Assembly (NCBI GenBank): GCA_964561115.1
Contig: CAZLOE010000004.1
Span: 70 to 64,069 of the forward strand
Direction: 5' to 3'
DNA: 64,000 nucleotides
DNA from: an uncultured Actinomycetota bacterium
GTDB lineage: Bacteria > Actinomycetota > Humimicrobiia > Humimicrobiales > Humimicrobiaceae
Below, piece by piece: positions 46,756-56,900 of this stretch. The translations under genes and the position numbers were made by a program. Position 1 is the stretch's first letter; each line of letters starts with the position of its first letter. The notes beneath the pieces are model-generated. The model did no database searches. It was given only the letters and a program-made list of their open reading frames with translations, and had not been told where the DNA came from.

Positions 46756-48015
46756 TTGGAAATGAAAGAAAACAAAAAATCAGATGTCAATGAATCAGAT
46801 ATGATGAATGCTCTTATGGATTACATCACTGACAGTATATATTTCAAAGATCTGAAAAGCAGATGTATCAGAATCAATAAAGATTGTGCAAGAAAATTTA
46901 GGATTAAAGATCCAGATGATGCAATAGGAAAAACCGATTTTGATTTCTTTTCCAAAGAACATGCGAGGCAGGCTTATAAAGATGAACAGCGTATAATTGA
47001 GACAAAAAAACCCATTGTAAATATTGAAGAAAAGGAAACCTGGCAGGGGAAAGAGGATAGGTGGGTATCAACGACAAAGATGCCCTTTTACAATAAAAAG
47101 GGTGAGATAATAGGGACTTTTGGTATATCCAGAGATATAACAGAAAAGAAAAAGACAGAAGAGGAAATCAAAGAAAGCAGATCTAAAATTGAGGCGATCC
47201 TTCATTCTACCCTGGACGGTATTTATGCAACTGATAAGCAGGGAAAGATTTTAATGTATAATAACAGGTTCCTATCACTATGGAAAATCTCAAAAGGACT
47301 TATTAAGCCAGAAGCAGATGATAAAATACTGGATATTATTAATGATCAAGTTGCAGACCAGAAAAAATTCCTAAAAAGGATCCAAGAACTTTATGATTCA
47401 GAAGAGGACAGAGTTGATATTATTGTGCTAAAAGATGGAAGATTTTTTGAGCGCTCATCAGCTCCTCTAAAGAGGGATGATAAAGTAATAGGAAGAGTAT
47501 GGACTTTCAGGGATATAACCGAACAGAAGAGGGCGGAAGAGAAAATATGGTATCTTTCTTTTCATGATAAATTAACCGGGCTTTATAACCGTGCTTTTTT
47601 TGAAGAGGAACTAAAAAGACTTAATACAAAGCGGCAGCTGCCCTTAAGTATTATTTTTTGCGATCTAAACGGATTAAAAGAAATGAATGATAATTTTGGC
47701 TACGAAAGGGGAGATCTGCTGCTCCGAAAATTTGCAGATGTATTGAAAAGCTGCTTCAGGAACGAGGATGTGGTGGTAAGATGGGGCGGTGATGAATTTA
47801 TTATGGTTTTACCAAATACAGATGAAATAGATGTAGAAAATGTTACAAAAAGGATACGGGGGAAATGCCAGCAGAACAGTAAACCTAATCTGCTGATGAG
47901 TGCTGCTATCGGGTCTGCCATAAAAACCAAGGAATCGCAGAATATTGATCTAGTAGTAAATAACGCTGAAAAAAGAATGATTGCTAATAAAAGAGATATG
48001 AAAGACGTAAGGTAA
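46756..48015 (+). CDS. PAS-domain diguanylate cyclase (GGDEF)
   Basis: Two PAS-like segments, then GGDEF (YNRAFF..., active-site RWGGDEF). Confidence 0.8.
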   Translation: MEMKENKKSDVNESDMMNALMDYITDSIYFKDLKSRCIRINKDCARKFRIKDPDDAIGKTDFDFFSKEHARQAYKDEQRIIETKKPIVNIEEKETWQGKEDRWVSTTKMPFYNKKGEIIGTFGISRDITEKKKTEEEIKESRSKIEAILHSTLDGIYATDKQGKILMYNNRFLSLWKISKGLIKPEADDKILDIINDQVADQKKFLKRIQELYDSEEDRVDIIVLKDGRFFERSSAPLKRDDKVIGRVWTFRDITEQKRAEEKIWYLSFHDKLTGLYNRAFFEEELKRLNTKRQLPLSIIFCDLNGLKEMNDNFGYERGDLLLRKFADVLKSCFRNEDVVVRWGGDEFIMVLPNTDEIDVENVTKRIRGKCQQNSKPNLLMSAAIGSAIKTKESQNIDLVVNNAEKRMIANKRDMKDVR

Positions 48016-48027
48016 ACCTCTTTTTAA

Positions 48028-48690
48028 TCAGCTAAATTTAAGTTTCTTTTCTATTTTTTTAAATATAGTCTTAAAATCTTTTGTCCGCGAGTAATATTCA
48101 TAATCTGTTTCAAAATCAAACAGTATTTTTGACAGGAGAGTTTCTCTTTCTACATCTCTACCCAGTATTATTTTAATTGATGTTGATTTTCCGCTGTAGG
48201 AGGCAAAATCACCTTTAATCAGATTTGCATTTAAACCTATACCTATAATTAAATAAGTTATATCTGCGATTTTTTCAACTTCGGTTAGAATTCCGCCCAA
48301 CTTTAGTTTTTTATGGTATATATCATTAGGCCATTTTATAGCTGCATTTATGCCATAATCTCTATCCAGTATATTTACTATTGAATATGCTGCAATTAAT
48401 GTGACCTCCATGAGGTCTTTTGATTCAAGGCTGGTTTTAATTATTATGGTAAACCAGAGTCCACCCGAAGGTGATATCCATTCTCTTTCCAATCTGCCCT
48501 TTCCCTTTTTTTGAGTCTCAGCCAGCACGACTGTTCCCTCCAGGCTATCACTTAGGTTTTCTCCTCTTTTTCTTATAAGTTCAGAAGCGTAACTATTGGT
48601 GGAGTCGGTTTTATCTAAATAAATAAGTTTTTTTCCAATATAATCGGTTGTAAGAGATTTATAATATTTATCTAAAATAAAATTTTTCAT
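48028..48690 (-). CDS. birA: biotin--[acetyl-CoA-carboxylase] ligase, group I (no DNA-binding domain)
   Basis: BPL catalytic motifs (LDKTDSTNSYA, GKGRLEREWISPSGGLW); no N-terminal HTH. Confidence 0.7.
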   Translation of the reverse strand: MKNFILDKYYKSLTTDYIGKKLIYLDKTDSTNSYASELIRKRGENLSDSLEGTVVLAETQKKGKGRLEREWISPSGGLWFTIIIKTSLESKDLMEVTLIAAYSIVNILDRDYGINAAIKWPNDIYHKKLKLGGILTEVEKIADITYLIIGIGLNANLIKGDFASYSGKSTSIKIILGRDVERETLLSKILFDFETDYEYYSRTKDFKTIFKKIEKKLKFS

Positions 48691-48857
48691 ATGCAGACCG
48701 GAGTTTATTTTAAAATTTTATTATTTTAAATTGTATTACAAATAAGGTTTAAAAAGAAAGTCTTTATATGAAACTATAAAAGTATAGCTCCGTCTATCTT
48801 AAAGCTACAGAATTCTATTTTCTACCATTAAGTTTTTAATAGGAAAGGATTATAATT

Positions 48858-49286
48858 ATGAAAGAGATGGGCAGAGAAGATATTGAAAATATTATTCCTC
48901 ACAGGGAGCCCTTTCTTTTAATCGATAAAGTTATAGATACTGAACCTGCAAAAAGGATTAAGGCTATAAAATATGTCAGGCGGGAGGAATATTATTTCAA
49001 GGGTCATTTTCCTTCTGACCCCATTATGCCCGGAGTCCTGATAGTAGAGGCTATTGCCCAGGCAGGAGCGGTTTCATTACTTATGCTGCCTGAGAATAAG
49101 GGTAAATTAGTATTGTTTGCAGGTATAGATAAAGCAAGATTTAAAAAAATAGTAAGACCCGGTGATGAGCTGGTAATAGAGGTAGAAATGGAAAATTTCA
49201 GAAGAAACATTGGAAAGGCAAAAGGCAGAGCTATGGTTGGTGGTGATATTGCCTGTACCGTAGATATAATGTTTGCTCTGGATTAG
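48858..49286 (+). CDS. fabZ: 3-hydroxyacyl-ACP dehydratase
   Basis: Hotdog fold, HFPSDPIMPGVL catalytic-His motif. Confidence 0.85.
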   Translation: MKEMGREDIENIIPHREPFLLIDKVIDTEPAKRIKAIKYVRREEYYFKGHFPSDPIMPGVLIVEAIAQAGAVSLLMLPENKGKLVLFAGIDKARFKKIVRPGDELVIEVEMENFRRNIGKAKGRAMVGGDIACTVDIMFALD

Positions 49287-49332
49287 AAAGGTTTTTCAAT
49301 TGGATTATAGAAGAAATAAAAATACTAAAAAT

Positions 49333-50310
49333 ATGAATGAAATTGCCTTAATGTTTCCCGGTCAGGGTTCTCAGTACGCGACTATGGGAATAGATTTTCT
49401 GGAAGCCAACAGCGAATACAAAAAATATTTTGAGGTTTCAAGTGAGGTCATGGGAAAGGATATAATAAAGATCATTAAAGGTAAAAACAGTAAGAATTTA
49501 CTTAATAATACCAGGTTTAGTCAAATCTCTATTTATTGTCTGAGTTGTGCTTTAAATGATTATATAATGCAGGAACTTTCTTTAAATAAAACTCTTATCG
49601 GTACTGTATTGGGACACAGCCTTGGAGAGTACAGTGCGCTTTACAGTAGCGGAGCTTACAGCTTTGAACAGGGGGCAGAGCTGGTCGGATACAGGGGTAA
49701 ATGTATGTGCCAGGCCAATCGTAGTATAAAAGGAATGATGGTTGCTGTTTTGGGAGCGCAGATAGGTTTTATTGAAGATGTTTTAAAAGATTTTAAGGGA
49801 AGTGTTTTTATTGCCAATTATAATGATTACTCACAGATTATAATAAGCGGATATAAAGATGCAGTTAAAGATGCGATAAAAAGTCTAAAAGAAAGAGGAA
49901 TAAAAAGAATAATACCCCTTAAAGTAAGTGTAGCATCACACTGCCCACTGATGAAGGAAGTCTCAGATAAGCTGAGGACGTTTATTGATAAGAATATAGA
50001 AATTATGGATTTGAGTCTTCCTTTCTTTTCAACTACCGAGGTAGCTTATAGAAATAGACACGACATCGCAAAAGTTTTAACCTGCCAGCTGACAGATTCC
50101 ATAAGATGGGTGGATAGTATAGAGTATCTACTTAATATGAATATGGGCATTTTTATAGAAGTCGGTCCTGGGAAGGTCTTATCAGGTCTGGTCAAAAGGA
50201 TAGCTGGGGTAAAAGGCAGGGAAGTTTTAATATTAAATACTGATAAAATGGAGGACATTGAGAATCTGAAGAGGTCACTTAGGAAAGAAGGAATAATTAG
50301 TGAAGCTTAA
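49333..50310 (+). CDS. fabD: malonyl CoA-ACP transacylase
   Basis: FPGQGSQY and GHSLGEYSAL motifs; ATG at 49333 preferred over the upstream ORF-track start. Confidence 0.8.
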   Translation: MNEIALMFPGQGSQYATMGIDFLEANSEYKKYFEVSSEVMGKDIIKIIKGKNSKNLLNNTRFSQISIYCLSCALNDYIMQELSLNKTLIGTVLGHSLGEYSALYSSGAYSFEQGAELVGYRGKCMCQANRSIKGMMVAVLGAQIGFIEDVLKDFKGSVFIANYNDYSQIIISGYKDAVKDAIKSLKERGIKRIIPLKVSVASHCPLMKEVSDKLRTFIDKNIEIMDLSLPFFSTTEVAYRNRHDIAKVLTCQLTDSIRWVDSIEYLLNMNMGIFIEVGPGKVLSGLVKRIAGVKGREVLILNTDKMEDIENLKRSLRKEGIISEA

Positions 50311-51046
50311 GGATAAAGTTGCTGTAGTAACAGGCGGCGCCAGGGGTATAGGAAGAGAGATAAGTGGTACTTTTCTTAAAGAAGGTGCTGTAGTATATAT
50401 TTTTGATGTTGACCGCGGGCAAGGGGATAAGACTGTAAGAGAATTTAAATCAGTTTACGGTAAAAATAAAATAAACTTTTTGGAAGTAGACATCACCAAT
50501 GAAGAAAACGTAGAGAGTTCCATAGAAAAAATCATAGGTATAGAAGAGGGAATTGATATTCTTGTCAACAATGCAGGGATCACAAGGGATAATCTAATAC
50601 TTCGAATGAGTCTTGAGGATTGGCAAAAAGTAATTGATATAAATCTGACGGGAGCCTTTATATGTTCTAAATATGTAGTTAAGAACATGGTCAAGAAAAG
50701 GAGTGGAAAAATAATAAATATATCTTCAATAGTAGGTGTCCACGGTAATGCAGGTCAAAGTAATTACTCATCATCAAAAGCAGGGATAATAGGGCTTACC
50801 AAGACTCTGGCAAGAGAACTTGCAGGTAGAAACATCCTGGTAAATACTATTGCACCGGGTTATATAGAAACTGAGATGACTGAAAGGCTGAGTGATAAAG
50901 TAAAGGAAAAATTGATGGAGCAAATTCCTATAAGAAGGCTTGGAAGTGTAAAAGATGTAGCAAAGACCGTACTTTTTTTAGCCAGCGATGACTCAAATTA
51001 TATAACCGGTACTGTGATAAGTTTAGACGGCGGGATGGGTATTTAA
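50300..51046 (+). CDS. fabG: 3-oxoacyl-ACP reductase
   Basis: SDR motifs TGGARGIG, NNAG, YSSSK. Confidence 0.85.
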   Translation: MKLKDKVAVVTGGARGIGREISGTFLKEGAVVYIFDVDRGQGDKTVREFKSVYGKNKINFLEVDITNEENVESSIEKIIGIEEGIDILVNNAGITRDNLILRMSLEDWQKVIDINLTGAFICSKYVVKNMVKKRSGKIINISSIVGVHGNAGQSNYSSSKAGIIGLTKTLARELAGRNILVNTIAPGYIETEMTERLSDKVKEKLMEQIPIRRLGSVKDVAKTVLFLASDDSNYITGTVISLDGGMGI

Positions 51047-51082
51047 TACAAAAGACAGCGTTTTTATATAAGAGAATAATCA

Positions 51083-52336
51083 ATGAAGCAAAAAAATAGA
51101 TGCAGAAGAGTAGTTGTAACCGGATTAGGAGTGATGTCGGCATTAGGGCTTGAAGTCGGCAAGTTCTGGGCAAATCTGCTATCAGGGAAATCAGGTATAA
51201 GCAGAATTGACAGATTTGATGTTGAAAAGATAAGTTCAAAAATAGCCTCACAGGTAAGGGATTTTAAACCTGAAGATTATTTTGATTTAAAACAGGCAAA
51301 AAGAATGGACAGATTTGCTCAATTTGCAGTTGCCGCGTCCTTGGATGCTATAAAAGAAAGTGGTCTTAAGATCAATTCTGGAAATGAACACGAAGTAGGG
51401 GTTTATATAGGCAGTGGAGTGGGCGGACTTATGACACTGGAGATACAACATGAGAGGCTTCTGACTAAAGGTGCAGATAGAGTGAGTCCTTTCCTTATTC
51501 CTATGATGATATGTAATATGGCATCCGCTCAGGTTTCTATAATGTGTAGAGCTAAAGGACCGATAGGCGCTTCTACTACAGCATGTGCTGCAGGTTCTAA
51601 CGCCATAGGCGATGCCTTTGAAATAATAAAAAGGGGCGACGCAGAGGTTATGATTGCTGGCGGAAGCGAAGCGGCTGTTACTCCGATAGGGATGGCAGGA
51701 TTTTCCAATATGCAGGCTCTTTCTACCAGAAATGATGAGCCCGAGAAAGCTTCTAGGCCTTTTGACCGGGACAGAGATGGTTTTGTAATGGGAGAGGGCT
51801 GCGGTATACTGATCTTAGAGGAGCTCTCACATGCTTTGAAAAGAAATGCAGCAGTATATTGCGAAATATTTGGATACGGACTTTCGGGAGAAGCCTATCA
51901 TATAACTGCTCTTGAAGAATCAGGCGCAAATGTGGCAAGGTGTTTAAGAAATTGTTTGGATGAAGGGGATGTAGCCCTGGAAGAAGTGGATCATATTAAT
52001 GCTCATGGGACGTCAACTCCTCTAAATGATGTTATTGAAAGTAATGCAATTAAAAGATGTTTTGGTAAATATGCATATAATATCAATATAAATTCAACCA
52101 AATCAATGACCGGGCACTGCCTGGGCGCATCAGGTGCAATTGAAGCTATAGCTTCAATAATGGCTCTAAAAAATAATGTAATCCCCCCTACTATAAATCT
52201 TGACAATCCGGATGAGCAGTGTGATTTAAATTATACTGCAAAGGTGAGCCAGAAAAGGGAAATTGGAGTCGCGCTTTCCAATTCAATGGGGTTCGGGGGT
52301 CATAACGTTACTCTGGGATTTAAAAAGTATCTATAG
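51083..52336 (+). CDS. fabF: 3-oxoacyl-ACP synthase II
   Basis: KAS catalytic triad context (ACAAGS, HGTST, GHCLGASG). Confidence 0.85.
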   Translation: MKQKNRCRRVVVTGLGVMSALGLEVGKFWANLLSGKSGISRIDRFDVEKISSKIASQVRDFKPEDYFDLKQAKRMDRFAQFAVAASLDAIKESGLKINSGNEHEVGVYIGSGVGGLMTLEIQHERLLTKGADRVSPFLIPMMICNMASAQVSIMCRAKGPIGASTTACAAGSNAIGDAFEIIKRGDAEVMIAGGSEAAVTPIGMAGFSNMQALSTRNDEPEKASRPFDRDRDGFVMGEGCGILILEELSHALKRNAAVYCEIFGYGLSGEAYHITALEESGANVARCLRNCLDEGDVALEEVDHINAHGTSTPLNDVIESNAIKRCFGKYAYNININSTKSMTGHCLGASGAIEAIASIMALKNNVIPPTINLDNPDEQCDLNYTAKVSQKREIGVALSNSMGFGGHNVTLGFKKYL

Positions 52337-52348
52337 CTGGGAAGGCAA

Positions 52349-53125
52349 ATGAAAAAGGTCAAATGCGGTAACTGCAGCAAGAATATTGAAAATGAAATTT
52401 TTATATTAAATTATTGGGTATGTCCATACTGCAATTATCATAACTATGTAAATACCAGAGACAGGCTTCAGATCACAATAGATGAAAGCAGTTTTACCGA
52501 GCTGGGTAAGAATATTAATTCGGTTGATTTTTTAAACTTTTATGATCTTAAATCCTACAGCGTAAGATTAAGAGATGCCAAACTCAAAACCAGCCTTACA
52601 GAAGCGATCCTAACCGGTGAGGCAAAAATAGATGGACATGATGTTGCTCTAGGTATCATGGATTTTAGTTTTATGGGTGGAAGTATGGGCAGTGTGGTAG
52701 GAGAGAAGATCAGACTTTTATCCGACTGCTGTATTGAAAAGAGAATTCCTCTGATCATATTCTGTACATCCGGAGGAGCCCGGATGCAGGAAGGAATAGT
52801 GTCTTTGATGCAAATGGCTAAGACAGTTTCAAGCATCAACAGGGTAAGAGAAAATAAAATCCTCTTTATTACAGTTATTACTAATCCCACTTCTGGAGGT
52901 GTAAGCGCTAGTTTTGCAACTATCGCGGATATCATAATTGCAGAGCCTAATACACTTTTTTGTTTTGCGGGGCCGAGAGTTGTGAAACAGACCATAAAAA
53001 AGAACCTTCCTTCTGATTTTGGAAACTCAGAAAGGAATTTAAAGAACGGGCAGGTCGACATGATTATAAATAGAGTTGAACTAAAGGGAACGCTTGCTAA
53101 ATTGTTAAGGTTATTTAAGGATTAA
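52349..53125 (+). CDS. accD: acetyl-CoA carboxylase carboxyltransferase beta subunit
   Basis: N-terminal Zn-ribbon (CGNCSK..CPYCNYH) plus CT beta domain. Confidence 0.85.
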   Translation: MKKVKCGNCSKNIENEIFILNYWVCPYCNYHNYVNTRDRLQITIDESSFTELGKNINSVDFLNFYDLKSYSVRLRDAKLKTSLTEAILTGEAKIDGHDVALGIMDFSFMGGSMGSVVGEKIRLLSDCCIEKRIPLIIFCTSGGARMQEGIVSLMQMAKTVSSINRVRENKILFITVITNPTSGGVSASFATIADIIIAEPNTLFCFAGPRVVKQTIKKNLPSDFGNSERNLKNGQVDMIINRVELKGTLAKLLRLFKD

Positions 53126-53126
53126 A

Positions 53127-54101
53127 ATGGATTTAAAAAAGTTAGAAGATATTCCAAAAAATTATCTTAAAGAGATCTTACAATCATTATCAAAGCTGGA
53201 AAAATTAAAAAAGGTTCCTTTTTTCAGCGGTATACATTTTAAGGATGCAGAAAGGGATCTTACCAGAAAAATCGAGAATTATAAAAAAGTGGAAAGAGAT
53301 GCCAGAAGGGTGTGGAAAATTGTCGAGCTTTCAAGAGTTGAAGGAAGACCTCAATGTCTGGATTATATAAATGGTATTTTTGAAGATTTCGTGAAGCTCT
53401 CCGGTGATAGATTGACCGGTGAGGACAAGTCTATTGTCGCAGGACTTGGCAAACTTGATGGTAGAACTGTTGCTGTTATTGGCCATCAAAAGGGTAAGGA
53501 TATAAAGGAAAAGCTGGAGTATAACTTTGGCATGAGTATACCTCAGGGTTATAGGAAATCACAGAGAATTATGAGACTGGCTGAAAGGTTTGGTTTCCCA
53601 ATAGTCACTTTTATAGATACACCGGGGGCTTATCCTGATCTTGAGGCAGAAGACAATGGACAGGCAAGCGCTATTGCAAATAGTATTTTACTTATGTTCG
53701 AAGTAAAAGTCCCTATAATTGCGGTCTTGATCGGTGAAGGTGGAAGTGGTGGAGCACTGGCTCTGGCAGTCGGGAATGAAGTAGCGATGCTTGAAAATTC
53801 TACTTATTCAGTTATTTCACCTGAAGGGTGCGCAGCTATCCTGTGGAAGGATCCTTCCGGTACAAAACTGGCGGCAAGAGAGCTTAAGCTGACTTCGAGA
53901 GACCTGCTCAGCCTTAAAGTTATAGACAGGATAATCCACGAGCCTATGGGCGGTGCACAAAATGCACCCAGGAGGATGGTAAGAATTGTAAGGAGATATT
54001 TAATAGGTGCCATGGAAAGATATAAGAAGTTTTCCGGCGATGAATTAAAATCCAAAAGAGCAGAGAAATTTGAGAGAATGGGGTTTTTTAACCTGGAATA
54101 G
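53127..54101 (+). CDS. accA: acetyl-CoA carboxylase carboxyltransferase alpha subunit
   Basis: CT alpha motifs (FIDTPGAYP, GEGGSGGALA). Confidence 0.85.
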   Translation: MDLKKLEDIPKNYLKEILQSLSKLEKLKKVPFFSGIHFKDAERDLTRKIENYKKVERDARRVWKIVELSRVEGRPQCLDYINGIFEDFVKLSGDRLTGEDKSIVAGLGKLDGRTVAVIGHQKGKDIKEKLEYNFGMSIPQGYRKSQRIMRLAERFGFPIVTFIDTPGAYPDLEAEDNGQASAIANSILLMFEVKVPIIAVLIGEGGSGGALALAVGNEVAMLENSTYSVISPEGCAAILWKDPSGTKLAARELKLTSRDLLSLKVIDRIIHEPMGGAQNAPRRMVRIVRRYLIGAMERYKKFSGDELKSKRAEKFERMGFFNLE

Positions 54102-54107
54102 ACATTT

Positions 54108-55931
54108 TTAATTACCCACAAACAGTATTATTTTTGAATCCGTAGGAATATAAGTATCAGCTTCAGGGCTTTGCCCTAAAATTAAATCTTTCTGTACTGC
54201 ATAATCCGTATCTATGTAACTTATTTCATAGCGGATATTTCGTGAGTCAAGTATGTTCCTGGCCTGATTTAAACTCAGCTGTATGAGATCCGGGACCTGT
54301 ATTAGTGGTTCATTGGTAGAAATCACCAGTTCTACCAAGGTTTTTACTTCCACTTCGGAGCCGGGGGGCGGTATTACTTCAATGACCTTTCCCGGTTCGT
54401 CTATGGTATCTGTACAAGGGGCTTTACTATCTTTTAACAAAAGGTCAAGAGACTTTAAGTAATTTGAGGCATAAATATAATTCTGGCCGATAATATTGGG
54501 TATAATGACAATTTTATTACCTTCGCTTATGGTTATATCAACTGCTCCGCCCGGATCGATTTTTTCATTGTACACGGGCTTCTGGCTTATAATAAGATTT
54601 TTTTCAAATGTACTGCTGTATGTTTTAGAAATCTCTCCACTGGTAAGTCCGAAGTCTTCAAGTACCTCTGAAGCTTCCTCCAGAGTAAGGCCTATCAGGT
54701 TCGGAGTCAATATATATGTAATTTCCTGACCCTTGCTTATTATTACCTCAACATCACTGCCGGCTGCAATATTTTCTCCTGGATCCGGGATCTGTTCTAT
54801 AATAAATCCTGATGGAATTTCGGGGTCATAGATCTCATCCTTTATTATAAGATTAAGATTAAACAGCTTGATTATATCTTCTGCATTTTCTGCTGATATA
54901 TTTTCAATAGGCGGGACTGTGACTGAATTACTAGCAGCTGTTCTTAAATTATAGTATTTAAAACTGTAAAATATGAACAGGGTCAGAAAGACAGTCATAA
55001 AAACTGCCATAAGGATTGCAGCTAAATTTGATCTTGCTTTTTTTATAAATATACTGGTTTTGCTTGTTCTTTGATTACCGGTAGCAAAACTTAAATTCTT
55101 GCCTGTCGGATACTTCTTAAGGTCATCTGCCAGCTCCTTTACCGTAGAGTAACGCGCCTGCGGATTTTTTTCCAGGCAGTGCATTATAATTTTTTCCAGT
55201 CCTGGAGGTATATTTTCTATTAATTCAGATGGTTTTATAGGTATTTCACTTATATGTTTCAGGCTGATATTAATAGAACTATCGCCTCTGAAAGGAACGT
55301 CCCCGGTCAACATTTCATATAATACTATACCCAGTGAGTAGATATCTGTCCGGTGGTCCAGTACTTCTCCCTTTGCCTGTTCTGGTGATATGTAATGAGC
55401 TGTTCCCATTATATTCAATGTTTTGGTTACATCCATGTTAAGGGATTTTGCAATGCCGAAATCAGTGACCTTGGCCTTGCCTTCCGGGGTTACCAGTATA
55501 TTCTGGGGTTTAATATCCCGGTGGATAAGATTATTTTTATGAGCCATTAGAAGGGCATTACATATCTGCACCGCATAATTGACAACAGTTCTGGGCGGTA
55601 GTGTGCCTTTTTTTTCTATTATTTCTTTAAGGCTGTTTCCTTCGATGTACTCCATGCAGATAAAATAGGAGTCATCAAATTCTCCCCAATCGTATACTTG
55701 TACAATGTTGGGATGATTGAGCCTGGCCAGAGTCTGCGCTTCGTTCTTGAACCTCGCCACAAAATTTTTATCCCTGGCATTACTGGCAGATAAAATTTTT
55801 ATAGCGATTTTACGGTCTAATTTAAGATCAGTTCCCAAAAAAACATCAGCCATCCCTCCGGAAGCGACTTTTTTGATTATTTTGTATCTTTTGGAGATTA
55901 TTTTATTTTTTTTTGATTCTTGCTCGGGCAT
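54108..55931 (-). CDS. Ser/Thr protein kinase with extracellular PASTA repeats (PrkC/StkP-like)
   Basis: Kinase subdomains (GGMADVF, HRDIKPQN, DFGIA), a TM segment, and C-terminal PASTA-like repeats. Confidence 0.85.
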   Translation of the reverse strand: MPEQESKKNKIISKRYKIIKKVASGGMADVFLGTDLKLDRKIAIKILSASNARDKNFVARFKNEAQTLARLNHPNIVQVYDWGEFDDSYFICMEYIEGNSLKEIIEKKGTLPPRTVVNYAVQICNALLMAHKNNLIHRDIKPQNILVTPEGKAKVTDFGIAKSLNMDVTKTLNIMGTAHYISPEQAKGEVLDHRTDIYSLGIVLYEMLTGDVPFRGDSSINISLKHISEIPIKPSELIENIPPGLEKIIMHCLEKNPQARYSTVKELADDLKKYPTGKNLSFATGNQRTSKTSIFIKKARSNLAAILMAVFMTVFLTLFIFYSFKYYNLRTAASNSVTVPPIENISAENAEDIIKLFNLNLIIKDEIYDPEIPSGFIIEQIPDPGENIAAGSDVEVIISKGQEITYILTPNLIGLTLEEASEVLEDFGLTSGEISKTYSSTFEKNLIISQKPVYNEKIDPGGAVDITISEGNKIVIIPNIIGQNYIYASNYLKSLDLLLKDSKAPCTDTIDEPGKVIEVIPPPGSEVEVKTLVELVISTNEPLIQVPDLIQLSLNQARNILDSRNIRYEISYIDTDYAVQKDLILGQSPEADTYIPTDSKIILFVGN

Positions 55932-55933
55932 CT

Positions 55934-56686
55934 TTAGACTTTTATTGCTATAACTGTTATATTATCCAGACCGCCTTTTAATAATGCGCCTTTTATAAGA
56001 TTTTTAGTAATATCTCTGGCACTTTTATATTTATTGATGATTTCGGCTATTTCCTCATCTTTCAACATGGAGTTAAGGCCGTCAGAACACAGGATCAGTA
56101 TGTCTTCCGGTAGGATTTTATATGAGAAGAAATCAGGATTTATACTTTCTGCAATTCCCAGGACATTGGTAAGGTAATTTTTCTGAGGATGGTTGAAAGT
56201 ATCTTCGTAACTCAATTCTCCTCTTCTATACAATTCACCGACTATGGTATGGTCTGAAGTCAATGGTTTAAAGATTCCGCTTCTTTTAATATAAAGCCTG
56301 CTGTCACCTATATGGACTATATATGCCCTGTCCTTCTGGATATAACATGCTGTAAGTGTAGTCCCCATTCTGTAGAATTCAGGCTTTTCCTTTGCCTGAC
56401 TGAATACCGATCTGTTGGCCTTTTTAATGCTTTCTATCAGCAGCACTTTGATACTTTCATGAGTCAGATCATATTCTTCTTTATCAAAATCAGTTTCTGG
56501 ACTTTTATCTTTAAGATTCTGATAAAAGCTTTCGGTAAAAGCTTCAACGGCCAGGCTACTGGCAACTTCTCCAGCTCTATGCCCTCCCATTCCATCAGCA
56601 ACGATAAAAAGTGGTTTTTTAGTATAAAGGGAATCTTCATTTTTTTCCCTGTATTTTCCTATGTCTGTATCTGCATAGAATTCCAT
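55934..56686 (-). CDS. PP2C-family Ser/Thr phosphatase
   Basis: ADGMGGH and DG..S motifs; immediately upstream of the kinase. Confidence 0.85.
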   Translation of the reverse strand: MEFYADTDIGKYREKNEDSLYTKKPLFIVADGMGGHRAGEVASSLAVEAFTESFYQNLKDKSPETDFDKEEYDLTHESIKVLLIESIKKANRSVFSQAKEKPEFYRMGTTLTACYIQKDRAYIVHIGDSRLYIKRSGIFKPLTSDHTIVGELYRRGELSYEDTFNHPQKNYLTNVLGIAESINPDFFSYKILPEDILILCSDGLNSMLKDEEIAEIINKYKSARDITKNLIKGALLKGGLDNITVIAIKV

Positions 56687-56784
56687 AAGTGCTATTATAT
56701 GTCATAATCTGTCATTAATAAAATTATACCTTTAAGATTAAAAAAGAGTTGGTCTTGCTTTTATCCATTATTGATTTTTGGGGC

Positions 56785-56802
56785 GGTTCCACCGCGGGAA
56801 CC
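56785..56802. other. GC-rich hairpin GGTTCC-ACCGCG-GGAACC in the AT-rich intergenic region between divergent stp and malic-enzyme genes
   Basis: Perfect 6-bp inverted repeat, embedded in GGGGCGGTTCCACCGCGGGAACCA. Confidence 0.5.
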
Positions 56803-56900
56803 ATTTAGAATCCGGCAATTTATTTATAATAGATGCAAAAAAAAATAAAGCAGGTATTATAAATAATTATTAGAATTATTAAAAATAAAGTGAGGATCAA

